IMG/VR virus record: IMGVR_UViG_3300025676_000013
DNA from: a virus
Reading direction: 5' to 3' (one strand)
DNA length: 64,000 bases
Shown here: positions 53,804 to 62,806 of the stretch, piece after piece
Position numbering within the stretch: position 1 is the stretch's first letter
Layout: every line of letters starts with the position of its first letter
Translations under genes and position numbers: made by a program
The notes under the pieces: generated by a model
Seen by the model: the letters and a program-made list of their open reading frames with translations, nothing else
What the model was told of the DNA's origin: nothing
The model's database searches: none

Positions 53804-53926
53804 ATGCAACACCACAATTATAGTCTTTCAGACCTAGAGAATATGATACCATATGAACGTGACATATATGTTCGTCTATTGGTAGCACATTTAGAAGAAG
53901 AAAAAGAACGACACAATAAAACTTAG
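53804..53926 (+). CDS. gp51: Baseplate hub assembly catalyst; probably expressed as a -1 frameshift extension of gp26
   Basis: Manual translation MQHHNYSLSDLENMIPYERDIYVRLLVAHLEEE; frame open from 53714; below the track's size cut-off. Confidence 0.85.
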   Translation: MQHHNYSLSDLENMIPYERDIYVRLLVAHLEEEKERHNKT

Positions 53927-53942
53927 ATAGGTAGAAAAAGAT

Positions 53943-56900
53943 ATGGCAGGCGCTGACACATTAATGAAAATGATGGCTACTTATAAACTTATAGGTGACC
54001 AGAAAGAAAATCTCAAGAAGCAAAAAGATAAAGTTGCTGGCGCTTTGGGAATGGGCAGTGCTACTGCACGAGCCGATAGGTTGCGAGGCAAGATAAAGAA
54101 GAAAGCGGATGATAAGAAACGTAAAGAAGATAAGATAGCCGCTACTGCTAGAGATGAAGCATTCCTTCGTATGCACTCAGACGGATGGCAAGCCGCTCTT
54201 GATTCAATTAGAGGATTTAAGGCTGGGGCTACTGAGCAAGAGGAAACAGAGGCTACCGCTACAAACGATAAGATGGTATCCGATGCTGAGAAAGCCCAGA
54301 AGTCAAAGAGGAAAAAGACTGGCGGTCGTCAAAAAGGTACTCCAAATAAAGTCAAAATGAATGCACCTGCAGGAGATGATGGTTCTCCTAGTCCTACAGC
54401 AGAGGGCAACAACCCTATATCTGGTGTCATTAATGGCGATAGTATGTCAGTCACAAGTCCTGCTCTACAAGAGTTGCTAGAGATTGAACAAGCAGAATTA
54501 GAGTTAGATGAACGCCGAGAAATGCGAGAAATTAAAGCGGAAAGGCGTGCATTAGAAGACCGTAGAGATAAAAAGGGTGGTGCTCTTTTAGGTAAGGTGA
54601 AAAGTTCACCCACTCTAATGAAAGAAGGTAAAGGCTTTATGAGTATGCTTGGAAGCGTACTCGCTGGACCTTTTGGAAGAATTGCATTGGCAATTGGCGG
54701 TGTTTCAACTGGGCTTACGTTATTGAAGACTGTACTTAATAAGATACCTGGCGTCAATATGAAAATTGACCCTAAAGATGCTGAAAAATTGAAAGTTAAG
54801 GAAGCCGAGAAAGCACGCCTTAAGCAAGCCAAGATAGATGAGGCTAAAGCAAAGGCTGCCAAAATAGAAGCAGACGCAAAAGCAAAGGCTGCCGCACTAG
54901 AAAAACAACGCCTTGCGGATGAAGCAAAAGCAAGGAAAGTAACTGCTAATAAAATTGAAGCAGAGAGAGTTAAGGCTGAGAAATTACGTATTGCGGATGC
55001 AGAAGCAAAATCAAAGGCTCTTAAATTAGAGCAAGAGGCTAAAGCGAAGTTGGCTGCCCAAGCAGAAGCAGAGGCTAAAGTCAAAAAAGCAACCGCGGCT
55101 AGACTTGAAGCAGAGAGAGTTAAGGCTCAGAAATTGGCCATTGCGGATGCAGAAGCAAAAGCGAAGGCTGTTAGATTACAAGAAGCGGAGATAAAGAGAA
55201 ACCTAAAACTTGAGAAAGCCGCAAAACTAGAGTTGAAAGTTAAAGCAGAAGCGGCCGCTCAAGCAAAACTTGATGCTAAAAATGCCAAGTTAATTTCAGA
55301 CCAAAAGGCTAAACTCCAATTAGAGTCTAAAAAAATATCGACTCCAAAGTTGAATAGTGTCCCGCAGAAGATACCAGGTGCTACTCCCTTATTATCTCAA
55401 AATGCTCAACAATTGGCTACTAAGGGTGTTACACCCGCTAGGACTCTGTTACCAAATTTATCAGGGACTCGCCTTGCAAATTCATCTTTAGGAAAAGCAA
55501 CATCAGATATGACTGGTAAAGCAGTGAGTGCCTTGGCGAACAAAACACCAGACATCGTAAAAACTACTGCGACAACGGCTCTCAAAGGTGCGGCAACAGT
55601 TGCAACTAAATTGGCAGTTCCTTTGACTGTTCTCGCAACTGCATATGAAGGCTTTAAAACAGAGGACGATGATACATTAAATCGTGACGAAAAGAATGCT
55701 AAACACGTTGGAACAGCAGGGGCAGTTTCAATGGCTCTAGCAGGAGCCGCTGTTGGTTCAGTTGTTCCAGTAGTTGGAACTCTACTCGGCGGACTTGCCG
55801 GTGGAGCAATCGGCTACTTTATGGGAAAATATGGTGGCGAGAAATTAGGGGAAGAGTTATTCCTTGACGGTAAAGAAATTGGTGACCCATCACTAGAAAA
55901 GTCTGCATCTGAAGGCGGTAAAGGTGGAGAGACTAAAGCAGAAATGGATATGGTTTTGGCCAAGCAAGCCCAAAATGCTGGTGCAGTAGACATTGGATGG
56001 GGTGATGCAGATATCGATGACTTAGAAAAGTTAAAAGATTTAACTACAGAACAAGTTCAGGCTCTTCTTGACGTAGAGACTTGGTCCAAAGCAGATGAAG
56101 AAATGCTGAAGAAAGTTCTTGATGCCAAGAAAAATGGACTAACAATAACGCACGATGATGGAGGTTGGTTTGGTAAAGAATCTCTTGAATTTGGTAAGCC
56201 TGGAGCACCCACAGTCAATAAAGAAAAAGAAAAAGTAAATAACAACCCTCATAATCTTCAAGCGACTAGTTTCTCTGCAATGAAATTGGCACAGAATGAC
56301 AAAGAAACCTATGATAAATTCAGAGAATATAAAAAATCACAAGAGATGAAACATAGAGAGGGATATAAGGCAGCAGGCCAGAAAGATAATAGAGGCACTA
56401 GGCGAAGGGCAGAAATGAGGGCAAATCAAGATGCCATAAAGATGTTCAGTGCGGAAATTTTGCAGGCTGGTGCTGGCAAGTTTGTAGATAAGACGACTGG
56501 TCAGTCAGTGACCGCAGAGATGCTAGAAGGAAGAATTGCAGATAAGAAACTTCAAGATGAATCCGCAAACGCTATGTTAACGGAAGGCAGTATCTTTACT
56601 CACGATACACATCTAGAGAAAATCCTCAATGGTGAAGGGGATAAAGATTCTATATTCAATGGCAAGAAAAATTTCACTGTACAGAGTGTATCATCACCCT
56701 CAATGAAACCGAGGGAAAATTTAGATAAAGCGAAAGATTTGAAAGGAGCAGATACTTCTGTAAATGCGAATCAACTCGAATCGGCATTAGTCACTAGGGC
56801 AATGCAAGATGATAAGAATGCTAATCGAACGGCTAGTCAAATGACAAACGTAGTAAATCAACCTAACAATAGCGTCACTAATACTAACGTACATCAAGCG

Positions 56901-56969
56901 GGTTCCACCGCTCACGCACCACAGACCCCGGCTGGAATAGGTCATATGGGAGTAGGCTCAAGAGGATAA
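53943..56969 (+). CDS. Tape-measure-like protein (gp29 position), 1008 aa
   Basis: Follows gp26/gp51; helical A/K/E-rich repeats and glycine-zipper hydrophobic segments. Confidence 0.65.
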   Translation: MAGADTLMKMMATYKLIGDQKENLKKQKDKVAGALGMGSATARADRLRGKIKKKADDKKRKEDKIAATARDEAFLRMHSDGWQAALDSIRGFKAGATEQEETEATATNDKMVSDAEKAQKSKRKKTGGRQKGTPNKVKMNAPAGDDGSPSPTAEGNNPISGVINGDSMSVTSPALQELLEIEQAELELDERREMREIKAERRALEDRRDKKGGALLGKVKSSPTLMKEGKGFMSMLGSVLAGPFGRIALAIGGVSTGLTLLKTVLNKIPGVNMKIDPKDAEKLKVKEAEKARLKQAKIDEAKAKAAKIEADAKAKAAALEKQRLADEAKARKVTANKIEAERVKAEKLRIADAEAKSKALKLEQEAKAKLAAQAEAEAKVKKATAARLEAERVKAQKLAIADAEAKAKAVRLQEAEIKRNLKLEKAAKLELKVKAEAAAQAKLDAKNAKLISDQKAKLQLESKKISTPKLNSVPQKIPGATPLLSQNAQQLATKGVTPARTLLPNLSGTRLANSSLGKATSDMTGKAVSALANKTPDIVKTTATTALKGAATVATKLAVPLTVLATAYEGFKTEDDDTLNRDEKNAKHVGTAGAVSMALAGAAVGSVVPVVGTLLGGLAGGAIGYFMGKYGGEKLGEELFLDGKEIGDPSLEKSASEGGKGGETKAEMDMVLAKQAQNAGAVDIGWGDADIDDLEKLKDLTTEQVQALLDVETWSKADEEMLKKVLDAKKNGLTITHDDGGWFGKESLEFGKPGAPTVNKEKEKVNNNPHNLQATSFSAMKLAQNDKETYDKFREYKKSQEMKHREGYKAAGQKDNRGTRRRAEMRANQDAIKMFSAEILQAGAGKFVDKTTGQSVTAEMLEGRIADKKLQDESANAMLTEGSIFTHDTHLEKILNGEGDKDSIFNGKKNFTVQSVSSPSMKPRENLDKAKDLKGADTSVNANQLESALVTRAMQDDKNANRTASQMTNVVNQPNNSVTNTNVHQAGSTAHAPQTPAGIGHMGVGSRG
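54955..55169. repeat. Imperfect 65-bp direct repeat, 150-bp period
   Basis: ttgaagcagagagagttaaggct...ttgcggatgcagaagcaaaa..aaggct at 54955-55019 and 55105-55169. Confidence 0.85.
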
Positions 56970-56984
56970 AATAAGGATTTTTAA

Positions 56985-57275
56985 ATGCAATATGAACAAA
57001 TAGCGGGTCTAGTTGAAAAACTAGGTATTCCGATTGTTGGTTTATTATTTGTTGGGTGGGGTTTTTGGAAGATTATAAAATGGTTACAAGTATCACTAAC
57101 AGGAAAAATAGATAATCAGACAAATATTATTATACAGTTGATAGATAGAATAAGGGTACTCCAGACGGATATCCTGAAACTAGATACGATGATACGGACA
57201 AAATATGGTCTGGATGTTGATGAAGAGCGGATTGAACGCAAAAACGACCCGAAATACAAAGACAAGATTAAATAA
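56985..57275 (+). CDS. Single-TM plus coiled-coil protein, holin candidate
   Basis: LGIPIVGLLFVGWGFWKII then IIQLIDRIRVLQTDILKLD. Confidence 0.55.
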   Translation: MQYEQIAGLVEKLGIPIVGLLFVGWGFWKIIKWLQVSLTGKIDNQTNIIIQLIDRIRVLQTDILKLDTMIRTKYGLDVDEERIERKNDPKYKDKIK

Positions 57276-57277
57276 GT

Positions 57278-57285
57278 CATAAATA
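57278..57285 (+). promoter_or_regulatory. Late-promoter variant CATAAATA
   Basis: Upstream of the capsid paralogue. Confidence 0.5.
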
Positions 57286-57322
57286 GTAATAGAATTCAAT
57301 AATATAATTTAGGAACATTAAT

Positions 57323-58186
57323 ATGGAAAATCTAGAAGAAGTAGTAACGAATGCTAACATCGGCACTGCCGATTTTAGTTTTAATTCACTAATAAACGCA
57401 TTTGAAGAATTACCCACTATCTCACTATTGAGAGCAGTGGCGGCAGTTGTTCCTATGAAAATGAGTACAGGTCAAATCATCAATCTCAAGCGAAATGCGG
57501 CAACGAATTCGTTTGAAACGGTGGTCTCGACTATGACGATAAACACTGCAACGACTAATCCAATACAGTCTGGACTCTCGATGGAAGCAATGCGAGATTT
57601 GACGAATCAGTATGGGCTAGACGGATATAAAATTGCGGCGAATCTACTCAAGGGAATTACAGACAAAGAAGAGAATGATGATTTTCTGGCATTCCTGGCA
57701 GCCAATTCACTAGCAACTCCAGTATTGACATTGACCGATGCTGGCAATGCCGAACTGAATTTGTTTGAAGTCACTCAGCGGGTTCAAGAACTTGTCATTA
57801 AGATGAACACTCCATCGTTTAGGACATATGATGCTTTTGTTATACTTCCGTATAAGCAATTAGCGGCTATATCAGCACTAAGCAAATACACAGGTGGCGA
57901 TGAAGATAATGCAGACCGATTGATTGTTAACAAGTTGGGTAAAACGAAATACTATGTCAACCCAGACCCTGCGGCTGTAGAGGCTTACGTTGGACTAGCA
58001 GATGATGACAAAAAATCAATGGGTGCATCTTCAGTGATTATGGGTACTTTCCCACAAGAAATATTGAAGAGTGGCTTTGTTGAATCATTTCAAGGTAATA
58101 TTGGTATCTTAAATCGTTATGCTACTGCGGTTAATCCGTTGAGTGTAGCCGGTGCTGAGATGTTAGTATCATTCGTAATAGCATAA
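57323..58186 (+). CDS. gp23/gp24-family capsid (vertex-like) paralogue
   Basis: VVPMKMSTGQII, SMEAMRDLTNQYGLDG, SFQGNIGILNRYATAVNP echo gp23 motifs QPM..PTG, S.EL.QDL...HG.D, F.P.IG...RY....NP. Confidence 0.7.
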   Translation: MENLEEVVTNANIGTADFSFNSLINAFEELPTISLLRAVAAVVPMKMSTGQIINLKRNAATNSFETVVSTMTINTATTNPIQSGLSMEAMRDLTNQYGLDGYKIAANLLKGITDKEENDDFLAFLAANSLATPVLTLTDAGNAELNLFEVTQRVQELVIKMNTPSFRTYDAFVILPYKQLAAISALSKYTGGDEDNADRLIVNKLGKTKYYVNPDPAAVEAYVGLADDDKKSMGASSVIMGTFPQEILKSGFVESFQGNIGILNRYATAVNPLSVAGAEMLVSFVIA

Positions 58187-58188
58187 AC

Positions 58189-58218
58189 AAAAAAAGGGAG
58201 CCCGTAAAGGCTCCCTTT
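58189..58218. terminator. Bidirectional rho-independent terminator
   Basis: aaagggagcc-cgtaaa-ggctcccttt between convergent genes; A-run on the left gives a U-tract on -. Confidence 0.9.
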
Positions 58219-58237
58219 AAAACAACATCCTGATGGA

Positions 58238-59143
58238 TTATGCTTCGGCTAGTTTGCTGAAGTAACTCATCGTGTCATCCTCTTCCACTTTATCAGTATT
58301 AGAGTCACCGTCTGTCCAAGGTGCTTCAGAGGCAATCTCTGAGACCTTAGTTACAGGTGCTGATACTGATTCCGCAGTAAACGAATCATCCGACTCAGAA
58401 CCACTTCCAATTACTCGGAAGAACTTCTTCTTCAACTCATCATATGATTTGAACTTATCTTCAGTAATCTCCGCTTCCAAAGAATACAGACCGTTATACA
58501 ACGTCTCCATTTCTTCTTCACTTTCTAACCACTGAGATGGTTCTTCAAAACCAGACTTGTCATACTTCACAAAGCCATCTGCTTTACGAGCCTTCAATTT
58601 GAAGTTCGCTCCGCTGAATAGATTGAAGACGTTGACCGGGGTCTCATCATCAAACTCAGGCGCACCTGCGGCTTGTATCATATCAAAAATAGACTTACCA
58701 TATTTGAAGAGAAATACTTTCCCTTCATTTTCTGGATGGGCGGAATCACTAACAACATAGATGTTAGAGATATACTGAAGCCTACGCTTCCTATCTCGTG
58801 CAATCTGTTTGTTAGAGTCGATACCTGAATTCCACAACTCAGAATTGGCTTCAGAAATCGGGTCCTGTTTACCAATAGTTGTGAGAGAATTCTCGATATA
58901 CCATCCACCTTTACCTTTGAAACCGTGAGAATAAATTTTCACGAATGGAAAATCTTCTTCTGCTGGTGCATCAAGGAAGCGAATGATTGCGTAACCATTG
59001 CTTGACTTGTCACGTTCCAACTTCCAGTATCGGTCGTCTACATAACTTGCCTTCGAACCGCCACCAGCGGCTGAAAGTTTGTCCATCATTGATTCTACGT
59101 CTTTTTTAGACTTAGAACGCTTTTTAAGAGCGGCAAAACTCAT
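58238..59143 (-). CDS. gp32: Single-stranded DNA-binding protein
   Basis: DDRYWKLERDKSSNGYAIIRFL, SHGFKGKGGWYIENSLTTIGKQDP, NEGKVFLFKYGK, GANFKLK; acidic tail. Confidence 0.97.
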   Translation of the reverse strand: MSFAALKKRSKSKKDVESMMDKLSAAGGGSKASYVDDRYWKLERDKSSNGYAIIRFLDAPAEEDFPFVKIYSHGFKGKGGWYIENSLTTIGKQDPISEANSELWNSGIDSNKQIARDRKRRLQYISNIYVVSDSAHPENEGKVFLFKYGKSIFDMIQAAGAPEFDDETPVNVFNLFSGANFKLKARKADGFVKYDKSGFEEPSQWLESEEEMETLYNGLYSLEAEITEDKFKSYDELKKKFFRVIGSGSESDDSFTAESVSAPVTKVSEIASEAPWTDGDSNTDKVEEDDTMSYFSKLAEA

Positions 59144-59214
59144 ATTGTTTCTCCTGTTTTATATTAGATTTTAGGGTTACCATTATTGGCACTACCTGCT
59201 TTTGAAACGATTGA

Positions 59215-59514
59215 CTAGTTAAGATTTTTAACTAATTCAGGACCTTTAGAAACTTCCACTTTCGGCTCTTTGGCTTTCGGCGCTTTCTCTTTAGGACCAT
59301 CTACTGGGTCGGGTGCTTCATCCCCATCCATAACGGCTTTAATCGCTTGAGCAAATCCTGCTCGTGCCATTTCAAGTCGCTGAACCTCTTTGTCGATTGA
59401 AACTAAATGTTCAATTGCAATCTTGGCCACAGTTGGCAAAGTCTCAACATCATATTCACTTCCATCAATACGTACAGTGTTTTTCTGTACGACTTTTGCT
59501 TCATCTTCACTCAT
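59215..59514 (-). CDS. Hypothetical protein
   Basis: TVRIDGSEYDVETL...; GGAG SD upstream. Confidence 0.7.
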   Translation of the reverse strand: MSEDEAKVVQKNTVRIDGSEYDVETLPTVAKIAIEHLVSIDKEVQRLEMARAGFAQAIKAVMDGDEAPDPVDGPKEKAPKAKEPKVEVSKGPELVKNLN

Positions 59515-59536
59515 TCATTATCTCCTTCAAGATTGA

Positions 59537-59752
59537 TTAGTTAATAACATCAGGCTTCGGCCTAATTTCTCTTTCGAGTTCCATTGCTAGAGCATACATA
59601 GACTCTATTTTGTGATGTATCCCGATAATTCGATTAGGATACTCACGTTGCAATTTATTTATGTCGTGAACTTCTTTACAGTCACCGATTAGAGCAAATA
59701 GTTTCACTACTATCTCCTCATCTGTATGAATTGCTCCGATACTCAAGTACAC
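59537..59752 (-). CDS. Hypothetical protein
   Basis: GGAG SD; downstream of a consensus promoter. Confidence 0.6.
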   Translation of the reverse strand: MYLSIGAIHTDEEIVVKLFALIGDCKEVHDINKLQREYPNRIIGIHHKIESMYALAMELEREIRPKPDVIN

Positions 59753-59784
59753 TTCTCCTTTCGATTCAGTTCATCTTAAGGTAT

Positions 59785-59813
59785 ATTATACATCATACCT
59801 AACCCTTTGTCAA
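59785..59813 (-). promoter_or_regulatory. Consensus sigma70 promoter TTGACA-N17-TATAAT
   Basis: attata 59785-90, tgtcaa 59808-13. Confidence 0.85.
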
Positions 59814-60785
59814 GCACTTTTTTACACTTTCCGCATATTTTCTCACTTCATACTGAGCGTGAGGGTCTTGTCGTAATTCAATCAGCCGTCTATAGGCATC
59901 GATTGATGCGGTTTCTACGAACTCTGTATACATCGACTGAGGTAGAACTGAACGTGCCTGTTCAGGACATATGTTCTCTTCTTCCATTAACTCTGTATAT
60001 TTAGATGTAATGGTTTCAGTTGCATTGGCAATCCACCCTTGCATATCACCAGAGTGTCGATGCACTTCATCAGAAGAACCTTGTTTGACAGATGGCGCCT
60101 GGAGTCTCCATTCATTTGGAATGAAGAATTCAGGTGCATCTGAGACATACCGTCTACTTACTTCGTTTCGAGTAAATCCAACTTGGTGCTTATACCACTG
60201 CCTAGCAATAAAGATAGGCATTTTGATTCTAAACTGTGCTACTTTAAGTCGTTGAGGATTCCATCCAAGACCAGCATACAAATTCTGCTTATCCCACCAT
60301 TCATTGGTTGGGTCTGCCAGCATATGAGTCCAATCATCAACAAAGAATGGGTTTGACCCCGATGTCGGTGCACTTTTAATACCAAATGCACTCAAACTCA
60401 ATGGGTTATTTTCCCACATCGAGTCAGTAATAATGTTGTGCTTTACAAAGGCGTAGAGAGAACCCCGTTCGTAAAATCGCACACCACCATCTCCCATACT
60501 AATCACCGAACGAACAAATTGCTCATCGGCAGACTTGGCACACCACACAACATAATCTTGAACCGTCATCTTACGTTCCAGCATATACTGAGCGTGAGAA
60601 AATGGTGTCCAATGTTGGTGCTTGGCCAGATAATTAATTAGTCCAGTGTCTTTAGGTTGAACTTCCTTATGGAGTTTACTCATCGACACTCTAGCCGCAT
60701 TAACTACTTGCAGGTCAGAGGGTGCGATAGGCAGACGTTCAACAGATGATACGCCATCTCCAAGAGGGTCTAGTTTAAGAGCCAT
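59799..60785 (-). CDS. thyX: Flavin-dependent thymidylate synthase with a ~110-aa insertion (start set at MALKLDP)
   Basis: DLQVVNAARVS, HWTPFSH, PIFIARQWYKHQVG..NEVSRRY, EQARSVLPQSMYT, HAQYEVR. Confidence 0.92.
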   Translation of the reverse strand: MALKLDPLGDGVSSVERLPIAPSDLQVVNAARVSMSKLHKEVQPKDTGLINYLAKHQHWTPFSHAQYMLERKMTVQDYVVWCAKSADEQFVRSVISMGDGGVRFYERGSLYAFVKHNIITDSMWENNPLSLSAFGIKSAPTSGSNPFFVDDWTHMLADPTNEWWDKQNLYAGLGWNPQRLKVAQFRIKMPIFIARQWYKHQVGFTRNEVSRRYVSDAPEFFIPNEWRLQAPSVKQGSSDEVHRHSGDMQGWIANATETITSKYTELMEEENICPEQARSVLPQSMYTEFVETASIDAYRRLIELRQDPHAQYEVRKYAESVKKCLTKG

Positions 60786-61020
60786 TAAAGGTTTCCTGTA
60801 GTAAGGTTTTAGTTCCTTCAGAAGCATTCAGCATATCAATAAGCATTTGATAGTCATCTTTCGCATCCGTCTGAGTCCCGTAAGACAAAGTGGTTTCTAC
60901 TTGAACACTATCTAGCATATAGTTAATGCCGATTCGATGGTCTCCTGTGTATTTGAGACCAGTGAGTTTAATCTTTGACAGATTAATTTCAGTGCGGTCG
61001 CTATCGTTCATTTTGGGCAT
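60775..61020 (-). CDS. Hypothetical protein
   Basis: Co-oriented ORF filling the gap between gp59 and thyX. Confidence 0.6.
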   Translation of the reverse strand: MPKMNDSDRTEINLSKIKLTGLKYTGDHRIGINYMLDSVQVETTLSYGTQTDAKDDYQMLIDMLNASEGTKTLLQETFNGS

Positions 61021-61633
61021 TTAAAAATACTCCTTTCATAATGTTTTCATAATGTGTAGTATCAGTCAACTTGAGGAAGTCACCATATCTGTCATATCTG
61101 TATTGTTCAGTCGGGAAGATATAAGAGTCAATTATTTTCTTGGCAATTCTTTTGCTGAACTTCAGCACCGAATCCATTATAATATAACTTTCCACTTCAA
61201 TCATCCTTTGTTGAACAAATCTGAATATAACAGGATGCTCACCATCCTCTACATCAAACAATCTATCGAATCCTAAACCACGAGCGATTAAGAACTCATT
61301 CACTTCTTTCAAGTCTTCTTCAAATATGTAAGAAAGGGATTGAACTCTTTTCTTCCAATTGAAGTAGACATCTTCACTTTCCTTGCTATGTAAATCTCCA
61401 ATCCATACTGCATCACTCCCGTGATATGCGAAATTGGCTACAAAATACTGTAGCAAATCTTTCTTTTGCTTGTTCCCTAATGCTTCAAAAAAGAACTTAT
61501 CGTTTCGCCGTTCGTATGTCGAAACATTTAAACTTCTCATTTTTCCATTATACTTAACGTAATTATAATCGTTTTGTATACTGAAATGTTGCTTTAGGGA
61601 AACATACAATTTATATGCTTCAAATCCTGTCAC
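61001..61633 (-). CDS. gp59: Helicase loader
   Basis: MTGFEAYKLYVSLKQHF..YNYVKYNGK, YERRNDKFFF, YFVANF, WKKRVQSLSYIF. Confidence 0.9.
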   Translation of the reverse strand: MTGFEAYKLYVSLKQHFSIQNDYNYVKYNGKMRSLNVSTYERRNDKFFFEALGNKQKKDLLQYFVANFAYHGSDAVWIGDLHSKESEDVYFNWKKRVQSLSYIFEEDLKEVNEFLIARGLGFDRLFDVEDGEHPVIFRFVQQRMIEVESYIIMDSVLKFSKRIAKKIIDSYIFPTEQYRYDRYGDFLKLTDTTHYENIMKGVFLNAQNER

Positions 61634-61860
61634 AATGGTAATACGCTACCTGGTTCATCATCATCTTTTATTTGATTATTCTCTACTGCTTCCTTTGTAA
61701 TCTTCAACTGAAATGCAGGAGATATCAACTTCGCAACTGCTTTTGGCTCTAACTGGTGTTCTACCATATACTCGACCATTGCATCAACATATGACACACC
61801 AACTTGCATCCTTTCTTCAATCAATAATTGAAATGCCTGTTGTTTATTCACTTTTCTCAT
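61630..61860 (-). CDS. gp33: Late-transcription co-activator (start re-assigned to MRKVNK)
   Basis: F.LLIE....VSYVDAMVEY...LEPKAVAKLISP..KITKEA; adjacent to gp59. Confidence 0.8.
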   Translation of the reverse strand: MRKVNKQQAFQLLIEERMQVGVSYVDAMVEYMVEHQLEPKAVAKLISPAFQLKITKEAVENNQIKDDDEPGSVLPL

Positions 61861-61879
61861 CCTTAAATTTTCCCTTCCC

Positions 61880-62077
61880 TTAACGGTCAAGTAATTCTTT
61901 GCACACATCCTCACGTTTGTCGAATGGCATTGATTCCCACTCTGCAATTTCTTCCAGTGTTCGCTTACAAGTCATACATTGTTTAAGAATATCATCCATC
62001 TTACAATTGGATGTTCCCCAACCAACGCACGGTGTTTGTGCTACACACTGGCTAATAAATTTGTCTCTACTACTCAT
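61880..62077 (-). CDS. DUF1289-type small Cys protein
   Basis: TPCV...C......C..C.RTLEEIAEW. Confidence 0.8.
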   Translation of the reverse strand: MSSRDKFISQCVAQTPCVGWGTSNCKMDDILKQCMTCKRTLEEIAEWESMPFDKREDVCKELLDR

Positions 62078-62078
62078 A

Positions 62079-62732
62079 TTAGGTCTCCAGTCTCTTTAAT
62101 ACTTTTTTAACAAGGACTCTAACAGTCATACTATTCCATCCGAAAGTATCAATATACTCACAGAAGATAGGACTCTCGTCTTGTCTAATTTTCTTATATT
62201 CTCTCATTCTGCTATAGGCACCCATATAGGTGTAATGGCACAATAAATCCAAAGCAACGTCATTCGCATAGGCATCGATTTCATCCGGGTCACTCAAGTA
62301 GACAATTCGCTTTTGCTCATCATCCATATGTTGGGTGAATATAGGCATAATATCTGTTCCGAGGCGTTGTGTTGCCTGCTCTCTATGAATCATTTCGTGT
62401 TCTAGGGTTTGCCTGACTTGGTGCTCCAAGAAGTCCCAGTCACTATTATTTATAGTGATTGTTTGGTCTTCAGAGTTTAACACCAATACCAACTCGATAT
62501 CTGTATCCTCTTCTTCTTCGAGGTCCTGAGAACAAAAATACCCATTGGCTGTGATTTGATTTTTACCAATTTCATTGCCATATGGGTAGGTTGAAACTTC
62601 AATACCAAATTCAAGAAATTGCTCTTGAAAATACGCCTGATATTCGTCAGCAAATAGTGGTCGTCCTACACATTTTGTTTTTAGCAACTGCAACCTTCTC
62701 TTTACTTCACCTTCAGGCAGGTCATCTGTCAT
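62079..62732 (-). CDS. Hypothetical protein with HExxH motif (start re-assigned to MTDDLP, GAGG SD)
   Basis: TLEHEMIHREQ...YLSDPDEIDAYA. Confidence 0.65.
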   Translation of the reverse strand: MTDDLPEGEVKRRLQLLKTKCVGRPLFADEYQAYFQEQFLEFGIEVSTYPYGNEIGKNQITANGYFCSQDLEEEEDTDIELVLVLNSEDQTITINNSDWDFLEHQVRQTLEHEMIHREQATQRLGTDIMPIFTQHMDDEQKRIVYLSDPDEIDAYANDVALDLLCHYTYMGAYSRMREYKKIRQDESPIFCEYIDTFGWNSMTVRVLVKKVLKRLET

Positions 62733-62766
62733 AAATTCAACCTCATTAGTTCGATTCATAGTGTAC

Positions 62767-62794
62767 ATTATACACGAGTTTTGAGGAATGTCAA
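62767..62794 (-). promoter_or_regulatory. Sigma70 promoter TTGACA-N16-TATAAT
   Basis: attata 62767-72, tgtcaa 62789-94. Confidence 0.75.
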
Positions 62795-62806
62795 GCAAAA
62801 TATCTC

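Noticed and set aside
59144-59214. T4-like autoregulatory pseudoknot in the gp32 leader
   Set aside because: Only a weak, bulged stem can be drawn by eye; not supportable without folding and covariation analysis.
60245-60585. Intein or intron in thyX
   Set aside because: The frame is uninterrupted, with no N-terminal Cys/Ser plus C-terminal His-Asn and no homing-endonuclease motif.
279-61276. Many short ORFs antisense or out of frame within long genes (e.g. 19671..20249, 45031..45651, 54329..55084)
   Set aside because: They are shadows of biased or repetitive coding sequence, with no SD, motifs or independent promoters.
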